Assembly (NCBI GenBank): GCA_046563655.1
Contig: JAJCTO010000018.1
Coordinates: forward strand, 62,001-126,000
Source: Yuukianura sp. NJ FZ-2021
Taxonomy: Eukaryota
Length of the DNA: 64,000 bases
Reading direction: 5' to 3'
Every line of letters starts with the position of its first letter. Within the stretch, counting starts at the first letter, position 1. Below are positions 35,792-49,986 of the stretch, piece after piece. A program made the position numbers and the translations under genes. The notes beneath the pieces are model-generated. The model was not told where the DNA came from. It saw only the letters and a list, made by a program, of their open reading frames with translations, and searched no databases.

Positions 35792-38700
35792 TTAATGTTC
35801 CAAAGCTTCTAAATCATTCGGTCTTTCCTTGTTTTCTCTCACTCGATCCATGAAGTCTTTGGTCAAAAACTTCAACTGCTTCAACTTGTCTTCACAAAAA
35901 GATTGGCCTAGGCTCCTGGTCAGATGTCCAGGGATCTGCTCCCACCACACCTTCCTCCTTCAAGTATTTGTCCCAACTAAAGTTGTCGTAGGTGGGTGGT
36001 GGTTCAAGTGGGTGATTGTTGTCTCCCCACCTTAACAATCAAACAACAATATTAAGAGACTACAACCAAAATAGAAATGCAAAGACTTACCATCCCGGAG
36101 GGAAAATGTCAGAAGAGTCTGCATTCACCCAAAAGTCAAAGATTTCCGAGTAGCCAGTGAGGTGGAGACGAATACGATAGCCCTGCACATCCACAATGTT
36201 GGCAACACAGAAGAGGCTTTGATGTTGAGGATCCACTGCTTCCAGCATCATCCCGATCCTTAAAAATACAAGATTAGCAAAGTAGTATGTTTAGTTAGTT
36301 TAGTTGTTGGAAAGTAAAGTTACTTGAAGGGATTTGGACGAGGAAAGGCTGGTTGGCGGAAGAATCTGGATGGAGCTGACTTGGAGTTTGTTTCCTGCAA
36401 ATACTTGGGCCAGTTGAATTCAATTAGTGGAGCACATCGCTTCGGTTCGGCCGAAACTTCCCCACTCGACTCATGTCCAGTTTTCTCTTTGTCTGAATCC
36501 GTCACTTCATCTGGTCCAGGCGACTTGGGATCACTCAGAGAAGAGCCAGATCCCAGGAGACTCTTCTTCGCATGCTTCGTCTTCGTACTGAGCACTTTTT
36601 CCAGAGTTCTCTTCCGCACTGGCCCTTTGTCCATTCCTTTCTTCTTCATCTTCTTCTGCTCAATCAAGGATCGACGGTGGTACTTGCGCCGTTTTCCAAG
36701 GGTACCCACCCCAACTGACTTGCTGGAACAAGGTTCATCTCCCTCTCCTTTCATTTCGGCACCAGGCGTCTGGAAAATGGGAGTGACTGTGATTCCAACT
36801 GAATCCAAAGGAGGCTCAAGTTTGAGCACTGGCAAAGTCAATGACTTCTTCCCATCTCCATCCGTAGACTTAGGAACAGTTTCTGTTTCTGGATCTTGTT
36901 TGAGTCTGAGGAGCCTTCTGGGTTTGGAAGATTCAGGAGAAGAAACATTGGTGGAACTTTGTCGTTTTGATGTTTTTGTGATTGTGATTCCCTTGGGAAT
37001 TTTAAACTTGGTAGCTGGAGACTCCTCTTCAGGCTCAGCGGTTTCTTCCTCCTCAACTTGAATACATTTTCTGCATCTTTTTCCACTGAATTCCACGTCC
37101 TTGGTTGCCAATGTTCCACAAGTGACACAAAAAGTGACGTCCACACTCTCTTCCTTCTTTGACGTAACGCATGGTTCGGAACTTTGTTCCTTTTCACTCT
37201 CCCGGGCGTTCGGTTGTTCCGAAGAATCGTGAGATGGAATGTCGGGCTTTGGATTGGCGGATTCCTTAGTGGGAAGTGTTGGTTTCGGTAGGATGCTGGT
37301 TGAGACTGGTTTGATTTTGCTGTACTCGAACTTCCTCACAGCCTTCGGTTGCTCCTTGACTGCCGATAGAGGAACTCTCACTCGGCGTTGATGCTCTGCA
37401 GCATTAAAATCAACCACCTCCATCATCCCAGAAGTTTCATCCACACAAATCTAAAATCAAAGCAAGAGGAAAAGTGAAATGACTTGGAACAATTAATTCT
37501 ATTTTTGGTGGGTTACCTTTCCAGGCAGCCCAGGGAATTTCCAACTCCGTTAACCCAATCCACAAGAGGAATTCCTGGAAGGCGAACCGGCGGTCGATTG
37601 TTTGGGTGCGTCGAAACAAGTTTCGGTTTTTCCACGTGAACAGGAGCTGGAGGAAGTTCCAAAGTTGCCTTCTCCATGCTATTCCTCAAAGTAATGGTTG
37701 TGAAATCACTCAGATTCTTCGGACCAGTGGAAAGGACTGATTGAGGCTGGAAAATTAACAAGAAAAGAGTTCAAGTTAAGAAAGTTGAACAGAATCCAGA
37801 GACTTACTGGTCTTTTCGACAGAGACGGCAGAGACTTTGGGCGGAGTTGAGTGGGACCTTTGGGCAGAATTCCTCCAATTTTCAACTGTGGGAGACGAGT
37901 TCTATTTTGAAAAGAAGTGGAAACTGGAAACGAAATCTTCTTTATCTGTACAAGTACAAAAAAATTAAAAGTTGTTGATGGAAATACTGTTTCTTTTAAA
38001 TATGAACTGACCGTCGTTGAATCAAAGTTGAATCCAATATTTGTTGGGATAGTGGGAAGAAGAGTGTCAGCTGAGTGCCTCACACTTATTTCTTCGTAGT
38101 ACTGCCCATCCACCATGACTCGGATGCTCTGCTCCACTGGATTTCCGTCTATCCCGTGGAATGCTGACTGGATCTGGTCATAGAGGCTGCTTTTGACTGA
38201 ACTAAGTCCACCTCCATTTTCACTGGAAGCACCAACAGTTTCCTGTTCGATGATCTCCACAGAGTCCTTGGAGTCTTCAGCATCCCCACCTTCAAACTGT
38301 GAGGCACCTTCTTCCTCAGCATGTCCTTGTGATTCCACACTGAAACTAAGTCCGTCCTGCTCCTCATCAAGAAATCCCCACGTCCTGTTCCCGCTTCCAG
38401 TCTCTTCAGTTTTAATTAGATCGCTGAAATCATCCACAACGGTGATATAAGTACGTTGGGCCTTTGCTTGGTGTGTCGAAGGAGTGGCGGTGTCAATTTG
38501 TGAAACAACGGATGGTGCCTGGGAAAAATATGATAGTAAAATTATTGAAGTTGATAAAAGGACCGAACTATAATTTGGACTAACAATTGTAGTGACTGTT
38601 GAGGCTGGGACGAATGTGAGAATGGAAGAGCTGTCCACAACAGAGAGAGGGACAGGATGTTGTAGTCCAACAGTACTCACAGTGGCCATTCCATGCTCAT

Positions 38701-39375
38701 CCTGAACACTGAACACGTACTGGGTGTTGGGATCCTGTTGCTGGGAAATCGGAAGGATTTGTCCGTAGTTTCCTCCACTTGCCAGGTTGAGGATTGGTTG
38801 GTCGGTGAATGAGGTGATTGAGGAATCAGAGGGAAGAGCAATCAGTTCGTAGACGTCGTTCCCAGCCAGAACCTCCCCCACTGGAAACTACGGAAAAGAA
38901 ATCCAGAATGAATTCTCAATTAGGCTAAAAATTAATTGTGATGAGAAGAGACTAACATGAATTTGGGCTGGAGCAGTGCCGGGATTGGTCGTGTCAATAA
39001 GCGGCATGAGATTGAGAGGTCCATGGTCTGGAGTGGAGGGTCTCCGTTGTTTTGAATGTTGTACAATTGGTTATCCGAGCCCACAACTACCGTTCCTGAT
39101 GCAGCGTCCGAGTTGCCAGGCAACCCCTCCATGTAAATGTTGCTCATTTGCTGGAAATTGGGAACGGAGGAGAGTGTTGCGTAGTTGACTTTAGCGGAAC
39201 CCACCACTGTTTCGTTGATGGGTGGAGGATTAGGTTGCAGTTGTGTGTTGAGGTGATTCTGACCAGCGTCCACTGTCACTTGATCTTGGTGCGGATGATG
39301 GAAGACAACGTAGTGGCCATGTCCATCAGATGTAACATTCGTCACTCCACTCCCCTCACCGGGAACACCGCTCAT
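35792..39375 (-). pseudogene. l(3)mbt-like MBT-repeat gene, internally deleted and probably frameshifted
   Basis: One complete MBT repeat (FNWPKYL...PNPFK|IGMMLEAVDPQHQSLFCVANIVDVQGYRIRLHLTGYSEIFDFWVNADSSDIFPPGW). The second repeat begins FSWDKYLKEE and stops at about 35892. Also a CxxC..CxxC motif and an apparent 1-nt frameshift near 39035. Confidence 0.75.
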
Positions 39376-39784
39376 TGTCACTAATCAACAACACATTAGT
39401 AAACAAACATTCAAATAATGACTAACATGGAAGCACTTTGACTATCCAGTTAGATACACACAACGGGTTTACCTGAAGCGATGTAGTTGTGATGCTTTAA
39501 GATTCACCGGAACTCAATCAATCTTAGTACGACCCTTAATTAAACAACTTTAGATTCTCGTTTTTTGTTCTTGTGGCTGTAGAATGAAGTGATTTTGGTT
39601 AGGAATGGCAACCGGTTTACGATTGGCCTAATTTGTAAGTTGAGGTATAATAATGATTAATGCAAAAGTTAAAAGTTGAGTTAGTATTGAATTCAGTTCT
39701 CCAAAAAAAGCTTTTACTTTAACATATTTTACTGACCTAAAATTTAACTTAACACATTGACGGTGCGAATTAGTTCATCTAAAG

Positions 39785-40703
39785 ATGAGGATTTACTTGA
39801 TTCGTCTAGGCGTCATTGCCTTCTGCGTCCTACAAGCAGCAACTTCCCACACTACTGTTGATCCTGAGCAACACGCCGTGGTGGAGGGTGAACACCACTC
39901 ACCGCACGGTTGTAACGGTTATCACGGTGGCAACGGTCACCACGGCAGCAACGGTCGCCATGGTGATCACCAAGGTGGTAACAAACGTGGCCATTATAAA
40001 GGCAACCGAGACGGATCGGATGAGGAGCATGACGACGAACATAAAAAAAAGAAGAGCTGTACATGCCCAGAAACCAAGGCAAGCGACTCTGAAAGCCAAG
40101 AAGAGGACAGAGTGAGGAGATTTGTGCTGCGACAGCATGGACACAGGCGACGTCCCTTCCAGCTTCACCACCGTCGTCGTCCCCAACACGGAGATGAGCA
40201 CGAACGTCACCATAAGTGCGCATGCCCAGAACCTCGGCTGGAAACGAAGCATACGGAAGTGAAGAAAGCAGAGAAGGAAGCCAGTCTTGAGGCTGATTCT
40301 TCGTCGAGCAGCGAAAGTGACGATAGGGACGAAAACGGGAATTCCAAGGACAAGAGTTCTGGCGGTGACAGTAGCGAAAGCAAGAGTAGCGAAGAGGGTG
40401 ACAATCGCCTTGAATCAATGGCCACAACACAGATGACGCTGAACACGAGAAAAAAGCTGACGCCGATGCTGAGAAAAAAGCTGACGCTGACGCTTAGAAA
40501 AAGCTGACGCTGCTGAAAAAGCTCCAGAGGCTGAAGCTGACAAGGAACTTGCTGAAGGAGCAGTCGAAGCTCCGCCAGCACATGCCGATGCTGCTCCAGC
40601 ACATGCAGATGCTGTTCCAGTACATGCTTATGCTGCTCCAGTACATGCCGAACCTGCTCCAGTAGCCAAGGAAGTTGTCACTACTGATGTGAAAGAGGTT
40701 TAA
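39785..40703 (+). pseudogene. Secreted His/Gly-rich low-complexity protein, disrupted
   Basis: N-terminal signal-peptide-like MRIYLIRLGVIAFCVLQAATS, GNGHHG repeats and two CxCPE motifs. A frameshift near 40415 and an in-frame TAG near 40495 precede the EKKADADA / PAHADAAP tail, which ends VKEV* at 40703. Confidence 0.6.
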
Positions 40704-41271
40704 ATTAACATTAAAAAAAATTTACATAAATTACCACTGAAATTTTGTGCGTGTATTGAATTTTATTGGATTGAATTAATTGAAAATACTGAACATGTTA
40801 AGGTCAAAATTGTAGATTTTCTATGCCAAACTTCAAATTCTATTGATCAATTAAACTGTTTTCTAAAAACTATGCTGGAAAAGGGAAAACTTTCTTCAAA
40901 TACCCACAAATTTAATGTTTATACGTTACTTTGTCATACCCCATGGTAAATAGAATACTAGAGCTAAGGTCCTTTACGATTGTTTTTTTCAAAATATCGT
41001 TACTATGGGAATTTTTTCATCGAAATTAGCTCATTTACAGTGTTCTTCAACATTTTCATTATTTTAGCCTCAGAACTTTCGCTGTTAACTAAAAAATACC
41101 TTAAAAACTTTGATGAACCTGTATTTTCTCGGAATGACGTCACTGCGAGGATTTGTTTACATTTCAAAAATCGGTTTTTGGTCGCTAGGACGTTTTGGCC
41201 ACCACCTGGTCATACCCTAACACTTGTTTTGAATCATCACGTTAGGTTTGACCAAGGCTCCTGGTTGACCC

Positions 41272-44023
41272 TTATGGCTCCTGTTCGACCTCCTGTCTAA
41301 CTGCCTCCTCGCTTCTTGGCTTGACGTCGACGTGGCCGTCAGTGGGCTTCTCCTTCTTGACTTTCTTGATTTGCCTGTCCCTGGCAAAGTTGCGTTTAAC
41401 CCTCTTCTTACGGCTGAATTCAGCCACAGTACTGCCAGCATCTTCAAAGACATCTCTGGCCTTGCACTTCCCTTCCTCACTCCTGGATCTTTCTGTTCCC
41501 AATTTAAAATACCGATTCCACAACTTGTCGTCAAACGGGTACATCCAGAATCCGATTCTGCAATGTTGATAAAATGTTTGTTGTGGATGTTTGTGTGAAA
41601 TTTTGTTATTTAACGGAATTTTGACCGGTTTCTTGCCGAACCATTCCAGGGTCATATTCTTGAGCCCTGTCAAATGCTCAATATCATACTCCCGTCTGCG
41701 CAGAATGTCATCATCGATGGTCGACTCTGCCCAAATGAGAAGTTCAATTACTTTGTCCCGAATGAATTTCTCAAAAACGTCTTGGTTTTGAGCGTTTTTT
41801 AATTCCAGGAGTTTAGTGAGACTGTAGTCGTCTCCGATAAGTGGAAGGTAACGTTTACGAAACAGAGCATCTTACAGCATCCCTTTGAAGTCAAATGCTC
41901 TTTTCAAGTGTAGTGCTTCCAGGGGAAAATTGGCCATGCCATGAAAAAAGTATCGAAGACATTTCGCAGTTGGGTACTTCATCGTGAGTCGTTTCAAAGC
42001 GGGAAACATTTTACGAATGTTGAACATAAAGAATTGGTCTTGAATGAAATCAGGACGCCGGAGGTCACGATCGAACTTGAATTCGTGCAGTTCGGAGTTA
42101 AACGCTTCTGGAGACGTTGGTATTTGCATTGTCACTGTCCAGTTGCTGCGAATATGAAGAGTCTTTAACTTCGGGAACATCGATGGCTGGATCTTCTCGA
42201 TGTGAATTGAATTTCCGAGAAACAAGGTTTTCAGATTTGGAATTGGAGAAAATGAAATTTCTATTTCAGTCGTTCCTATTTTGTCCAAGGAAATGACCTG
42301 GCCATCTTGTACATTTTGTATACCATGTCCCCCGGCTGAGTTGTCGTCGCTGTAACTACCGCTGTCGTATTCATAGTCGTCAGATTCGACGAATCCTTCA
42401 GTTTCTTGGACTTCATACACGCTTCCATTTCCCATGTGAAAACTCCTCAGCTGTGCCATCTTCAGGACATGAAATTTGACTTGGTTGTAGGCCATGTCCA
42501 TTCCTTGCCAGTTTCCGGAAATCGTGAAGTGTCGGAGAGTTGAAGCAAATTTTGACAAGTCCGTGGGCAGATCCATCGCCTTCACATCCCGCAGTTTAAT
42601 TCTAAACTGGCTAATGCTGGAAGATTTAAATTGGCAATCGACAGAATTTGTTTCCGATGCAGTGCAAAGTCTTCTTCGTCTTCATCATCATCATCGTTAG
42701 ATTTGATTTTCTGAATAGCCAAGAGTTTCAGATTTTTCACATTCGGAGAATAATTGATTCCATTGAGGAGCTGATCGACTTCTTGGAGACTTGAATAAAT
42801 GTAAACCAAATGATTCACCGTTTTCTGCAGGCTGGCCAACAAGCAACTGAGGTTTGTTGCGTTCTTCAGAAAATTATTGGTTCCGTTAGGCACAACTTTC
42901 ACAAGCTTCGTACGTGCAGGGAAAGTGAATTTTAAGCTAGCGTTCTCCTCCGCTTCCGCTTCATCGTTTTGGTCACGTGACTCTGGAATCACCAACAATT
43001 CCAATTTCCTCAGCCGGGTCGCAATCTCTTCAAGATTTGGAAGTCGATTGCTTCTACGTTGATTGTCTTGATTTTTTTTTTCGATTAGCATCAGAAGCGA
43101 ACAAATCGGGACAGGTTAATCGGTCTCGATGCAGTGAGGGGCTAATCCACTCCTTCGAGATTTGAAACAGTGTAGAGCAAATGTTCCAGAGTTTTTGGGA
43201 GGCTAGCCAGTACGCAACCGAGGTTTGTTGCGTTCTTCAGAAAATTTTTGGTTCCGGTAAGCCCAACTTCCACAACCTTAGGACGTGCAGGGGAAGTAAA
43301 TTTATCATAGAGTTCTCCGCTTCATTTTATTGGTCACGTGACTCCGGAATCACAAATACTTCCAAATCCTTCAGGGGGGTCACAATCCTTTTCAAGAGTT
43401 TCACGTTGATTGCTTCTATGTTGATTGTCTTGATTTTTTGTCGATTAGCACCGGAAAACCGTGTATATTGTTGCAAGTTAATGGGGATTGGTCGAGCAAG
43501 GACAATGAACTCTAGTAACCTTTGGAGCCAAGCTTTCGGTTACGATTTGCGTTGAAAAACGACGTAAGGCTGTGAATGACTTTGACTGAGCCTTCTGGTT
43601 CGCTTTCGTTTTTTCTTTCCTTCCACCGTCTTCGTCATCAATATCCTGTAAATAAATAGAACATTTCATTTGCCACAATCAGCTGGGCCACAATGAGTCA
43701 CATACAAGCGTTGTATTACATTAGTTTTTCCTACTACCTGATGCATTACATTGTACACATTGACATTACCTCAGTCGTAATTTTTTTCGGTACAGAGCTT
43801 CGGGTCAAATGCCGTGGTCCAATTCGTACCGAGGTGGGCGAATCCGCGAATCCTGCTGCGATGGACCCTGGTCACGGTAGGGTTCATCGCCTAACAAGTC
43901 TACAGCTTCCACAACTTTTTTTGGTTTTCTTTCCTACTTCAGTATTACAACGTCGTCATCACTACTATCTCCTTGGCGTACGTTGTCAGCATTCCAAGAC
44001 GTTCCTGCTGCCGCTCGTGACAT
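41272..44023 (-). pseudogene. LRR-like tandem family copy 1 (chimeric, frameshifted)
   Basis: ORF pieces at 41272-41673, 41872-42585 and 42582-43091, with LxxLxL patterns. Internal duplication at about 43133-43500. Confidence 0.75.
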
Positions 44024-44893
44024 TGCGCCGATGGAATGTCTAGCAAGTCGGTTGCTCAGACAAAAATAAACTGAGGAGGTTTGTGAGTCGGTGTCCAATT
44101 GTCATTTCATGCTTCGTTTTGTCAGTTTATTGCCATTGTACCTGTTCAATTTTGGCGTTTCTAGACTCAATTTTCTATTTTTGTACAAGCCGTACGTTTG
44201 CACGGTCGGCAACATGATTGTGACTGACGTTTAAGTTTATGACTTGCGTTTTATCAACGCTTTTTATGAGTCAAGAATTATGAGCCGACCACTTGTCACA
44301 ATGCGGCATTCTCTTGGAATGCAAAAATTTTCACTTTTTCCGCCATTTCAAATGTAACTCTCCAAATTTTTTCCCAAGTGCTTCTGCCGCCACTGACTTA
44401 CATTAAAATGTTGCCATGAATGGTGAGATCATGTTTTGGTATATCTCATTGGGGCGTTCACGGCAAATATAAAATCCGACACAGTTGAAGTTGAAATGCA
44501 AGCATTTTTTGACTTTGAAATTATGTAATACACAAACAGCTCCCGACGTCCAGCCGCCCAGGAACGTGCTGAATGCAACAGCAGTCGAAGTTCCGCCACC
44601 ACATAACGATGCTGGCCCAGTAGCCAAGGAAGTTGTCACTACTGACGTAAAAAGTAATAAGTTAACATGAAACAAATTAATCCCGAAGTCGCAACGACAT
44701 TTTTGTGCTTACGGTGAAAACTAATTGATTGAAAACACTAAACACGCCAAGGTAAACACTGCCAACTTTATATTCAAAACTGCACATTCTATTCATCAAT
44801 TTAACCTTTTTCTGAAAACTCTACTGGAAATGGGAAAACTATCTTCAAATTCCCACAAATTTAATGTCTATACGTTACTTCGCCACACCCTAA

Positions 44894-47178
44894 CACTTCT
44901 TTTATCACGCTAGGTTTTACCAAGGCTCCCGGTTGACTCTGAGGGCTTTTGTTTGACCTCATGTCCAACTTCGTCCTCGCTTTTTCGCCGTCAGTGGGCT
45001 TCTGCGTCTTCATTTTCTTGATTTGTCTCTCCCTTGCAAATTCACGTCTCGCGTTACGCTTCTTCTTCTTTAGTCCTGGATCCAACATCTTCAATTTTGT
45101 AACCCCGATTCTTCAAGAAATGGTGGTCAAATGGGTACTGCCGGAATCCGATTCTGCAATTTTGATGAAACGTTTGATTTGGATGTTTATGTGACATTTT
45201 GTTATTCAACGGAATTTTGATTGGTTTCTTGCGGAAATATTCCAGACTCACATTCTTGAGCCATCACAAGTGCCCAATGGCATACTCCCGTCTGTGCAGA
45301 ATTTCATCATCTTTGGTCGGCTCGGCCTAAACGGGAAGTTCAATTGCTTTGTCCCAAATGAACTCCTCAAAAACGTCTTGGTTTTCCGCATTTTTTAGTT
45401 ACAGCAGTTTAGTGATACGGTAGTCATCTCCGATTAGTGGAAGGTATCGTTGAGAAAACAGATCATCTTCGAGCACCCCTCCGAAGTCAAATGCTGTTTT
45501 CAAGTGTAGTGTTTCCAGGTGAGAATTGGCCATGCCAGGAAAAAAGTATCGCACAATTTTGCAGTTGGGTACTTAATGGTGATTCGTATCAAGGCGGGAA
45601 ACATTTCACGAATGTTAAGCATAAAGAATTGGTCTTGAATAAAAGCAGGAAGCCGGAGGTCACGAACGAACTTGAATTCGTGCAGTTAAATGGTTAAGGA
45701 GACGTTGCAATTTGCATTGTCAGTGTCCAGTTGCTGCGAATATGAAGTGTTTTAACTTCGGGAACATCGATGGCTGGATCCTCTCGATGTGAATTGAATT
45801 TCCGAAAAACAAAGTTTTCAGAGTTTTGATTGGCGAAAATGATATTTCTGTCAGTCGTTTCTACTTTGTCCATAAAATGACCTGGTTATCTTGTACGTTT
45901 TGTGCATCATTTCCCAACCGTTCCCCAGCTGAGTCGTCGCTGTCACTACCGTTGTCGTCTTCACAGTCTGATTCGACGAATCCTTCAGTTTCTTGGACTT
46001 CATCCACGCTTCCATTTCCCATGTTAAAAGTCCTCAATTGGGCCATCTTCGGGACATGCAATTTGACTTGGTTGTCGGCTACATCCACTCCTTCCCAGTT
46101 TCCGGCAATCGTAAAATGTAGCAGAGTTGGAGCAATTTTTGGCAAGAGAGTAGTCAGATCCATTGCCTTCACATCCTCCCACATGCCGCACTTTAATTCT
46201 AAACTTTCTAATCCTGAAAGACTCAAATCCACAATCGACAGAACTTGTTTACGATGCAGTGCAAGTTATGCGTCGTCTTCATCATCTTCCTCGTCCAACT
46301 CGATTTTCTGAATAGTCAAGAGTTTCAGATTTTTCAAATTCGGAGAATACTTGATTCCATTGAAGAGCTGATCGACTTCTTGGAGACTTGAATAAATGTA
46401 AACCAAATGATTCACCGTTTTCGGCAGGTTAGCCAGCAAACAACTGAGGTTTGTTTCGTTCTTTAGAAAATTATTGGTTCCGTTAACCACAACTTTCAAA
46501 AGCTTCGTACGTGCAAGGAAAGTGAATTTTAAGCTAGCGTTATCCTCCGCTTCATCGTTTTTGTCACGTGACTCTGCAATCGCAATCACCAACACTCCAA
46601 TTCCTTCAGCCGGGTCTCAATCTCCTTTAACATTTGGAAGTTGATTGCTTCTACGTTGATTGTCTTTATTTTTTTTTTGATTAGCATCTCAGAAGCGAAT
46701 AAATTGAGGCAGATAGATCGGTCTCCATCCCGGAAAATGAAGAGTAGTAACGTTGGAGCCAATTTTTCGCTTACGATTCCCTTTGAAAAACGAACTTAAG
46801 CTGGAAATGACTTTGACGGAGCGCTTCCGTTCCGCTTTCGCTTTTCCTTTGCTTGCACCGACTTGCACTTCCTAATCTATCACTATCCTGTAAATAATAG
46901 AACATTTCATTTTCCAAAATCAGCTGGGTCACATACAAGCGTTATATTGCATTAGTTTTTCCTACTTTATGCATACATTGCGGTCCAGTTTATACCGATG
47001 TCCGCGAATCCTGCTGTGATGGACCCTGGTCACGGTCGGGTTCATCAGCATCGTCGGACAAGTCTTCCATAACAGTTTCCGGTTTTCACTATTAGAAAGT
47101 CGTCGACATCGCTGGTATCTCCTTGGTGGACGTTGTCTTGTCAGCACTCCAAGACGTTCCTGCTGCCGGTCGTGACAT
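44894..47178 (-). pseudogene. LRR-like tandem family copy 2
   Basis: Homologous to copies 1 and 7, with multiple stops and frameshifts. Confidence 0.75.
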
Positions 47179-47921
47179 TGTGCTGAGCTTATGGAAGCTC
47201 CACTTGGAAGTCGGTGTTCAAACAAAAACGGACAACGTCGGCATGGTACAAAACACAAAGCAATGTCGATTGCAATAAACTGGGGTTACAAAATTACATG
47301 AGTCGGAGGTCCAATTGCCATTTCATGTTTCCTTTTGTCAATTTTTTTATCCCCATTGAAACTGTTCAAGTTTTGTATTTTGTACACGCCGTAAGTTGCA
47401 GGGTTGGCAAAATGATCGTGACTTCGTTTCACTTTTATGATACGAAGTATTACTAACGTTTTGTCACCAGACCTCCTTTTCACAAAACAGAAAATAAAAA
47501 AAGTTGAAATGATGAAACATACGATCAGACATCGACACTGAAGCGGACAACGAACGTGCTGATTGTAACAGCAGTCGAGTCTCCGCCAGCACATGCCGAT
47601 GCTGCTCCAGTAGCCAAGGAAGTTCATACCACTGATGTAAAAAGTTTAAATTAATATAAAATTTCCCTGAATTCGAAACTAAAATTTTGTGTTCCCGTCA
47701 ATCTAATTGGGTAAATTGAATTGAAAATACTGAACATGTCAACGTCAACATTACCGATTTCCTTTTCAAAACTCCAAATTCTAATACTCAATTAAACTTC
47801 TTTGGAAAATTATACTGGAAAAAGGAAAACTATGTTTAAATTCCCATACATTTATTGTCCATACGTAGCGCAGGTTTGTCATAACCCTAACATTTCTGAA
47901 CCATCTCGTAATGTTTGACCC

Positions 47922-49845
47922 TTAAGGTTCCTGTTCGACCTCCGCCTTCATCTCATGTCTGACTTCGATTCTTGGCTTGACGTGAACGTCAGTGGGCTCC
48001 TCCGTCTTGACTTTCTTGATTTGTCCGTCCCTGGCAAAGTCACGTTTGGCCTTGCGCTTCCCCTTCTTACTGCTGGATCCAACATCTTTAATATTATAAC
48101 CCCGATTCTTCAGGAAATTTTGGTCAAACGGGTACTGCCGGAATCCGATTCCGCAATGTGGATGAAATGTTTTATGTGGATGTTTATGTGAAATTTTGTT
48201 ATTCAACAGAATTTTGACCAGTTTCTTGCGGAGATATTCCAGACTCACGTTCTTGAGCCATCGCAAGTGCTCAATGACATACTCCCGTCTGTGCAGAATG
48301 TCATCATCGATGTTCGGCTCTGCGCAAATGGCAAGTTCAATTAGTTTGTCACGAATGAATTCGTCTAAAACGTCTTGGTTTTAAGCTTTTTTTGTTCCAG
48401 GAGTTTAATGAGACTGTAGTCGTCTCCGATAAGTCGAAGGTAAGGTTGAGGAAACAGAGCATCTTCCAGCATCCCATAGAAATCAAATGCTGTTTTCAAG
48501 TGTAGTGTTTCCACGAAATAATTGGCTATGCCATGAAAAAAGTATCGGATACATTTTGCAGTTGGGTACTTCATGGTGATTCGGTTCAAAGCGGGAAACA
48601 TTTTACGAATGTTAAGCATAAAGAATTGGTCTTGAATGAAATCAGGAAGCCGGAGGTCACGAACGAAGTTGAATTCGAGAAATTCGGAGTTAAAGGCTTC
48701 TGGAGACGTTGGGATTTGCATTGTCACTGTCCAGTTGCTGCGAATATGAAAAGTCGTTAACTTTGGAAACATGGATGGCTGGATTCTGTCGATATGAATT
48801 GAGTTTCCAAGAGACAAACGTTTCAGTGTTGGAATTGTTGCGAATGAAATTTCTGTCAGTCGTTCCTGCTTTATCCAGAGAAATGACCTGGTAATCTTGT
48901 CCATTTTGTGCACCGTCGTCGTCGTCGCTGTCACTACCGCTGTCGTCTTCATAGTCATCAGATTCGATGAATGTTTCAGTTTCAGTTTCTTGGACTTCAT
49001 CCACGCTTCTACTTGTTAAAAGTCCTCAATTGGGCCATCTTCGGGACATGAAATTTGACTTGGTTGTCGGCCATGTCCACTCCTTGCCAGTTTCCCGCGA
49101 TAGTAATATGTCGCAGAGTTGGAGCGAATTTTGACAAGAGCGATGTCAGATCTATTGCCTTCCTGCCCTAACGTGGCTATGGAATCACCAAAACTTCCAA
49201 TTCCTTCAGCCGGGTCGCAATTTCCTTCAACATTTGGAAATTGCTTGCTTCTACGTTGATTGTCTTGATTTTTTTTTTGGATTAGCATTGCAAAATTGAG
49301 TAAATTGTTGCAAGTTAACGGGGGTCGAGCCAGAAAAATGAACGGTAGTAACCTTGGAGCCAAGTTTTCGGTTACGATTCCCGTTGAAGAACGAAGTTAG
49401 GTTGTAAATGACTTCGACTGAGCCCTTCGGTTCCACTTTTTCTTTGCTTGCGCCATCTTCGTCATCACTCTCCTGTTAATAATTAATAGAAAATTTAATT
49501 TTCCAACATTCAGCTGGGTCACATACAGGCATTGTATTGCATTAGCTTTTCCTACTTAACGCGTTCATTGTGCCCGTTGACATTACCTCACACTTTTTGA
49601 TGAGCAGAGCAGATCTTCGGGTGGAACGCCGCGGTCCATTCTGTACAGCGGTGCGTGAATCCTGCTGTGATGGACCCTGATCACGGCCGGGTTCATCATC
49701 ATCGTCGGACAAGTCTACTGCTTCTACAACAGTCACAGGTTTTTGTTCCTGCTTCAGTATTACAACGTCGTCGCCATCGCTGGTATCACCTTGGCGGATG
49801 TTTTCAGCATTCCAAGACGTTCCTGCTGCCGGTGGTATCTATCAT
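47922..49845 (-). pseudogene. LRR-like tandem family copy 3 (internal deletion at about 49165)
   Basis: About 400 bp of coding sequence is missing relative to copy 7. Frameshifts present. Confidence 0.75.
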
Positions 49846-49986
49846 TGTGCTGATGGAAGCTGAAAAAGGGTACTTCTAGTGAGTTTCTTTCCTCCCCATG
49901 GGCTTCGAGCCCTTTTCTATGTTCATATGCATGCAGGTTACTTTGGCATAGCCTAACATTTTTGAGAAATCACGTTAGGTTTGACC

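Noticed and set aside
36324..37061. 245-aa plus-strand ORF
   Set aside because: Antisense to the MBT gene exon.
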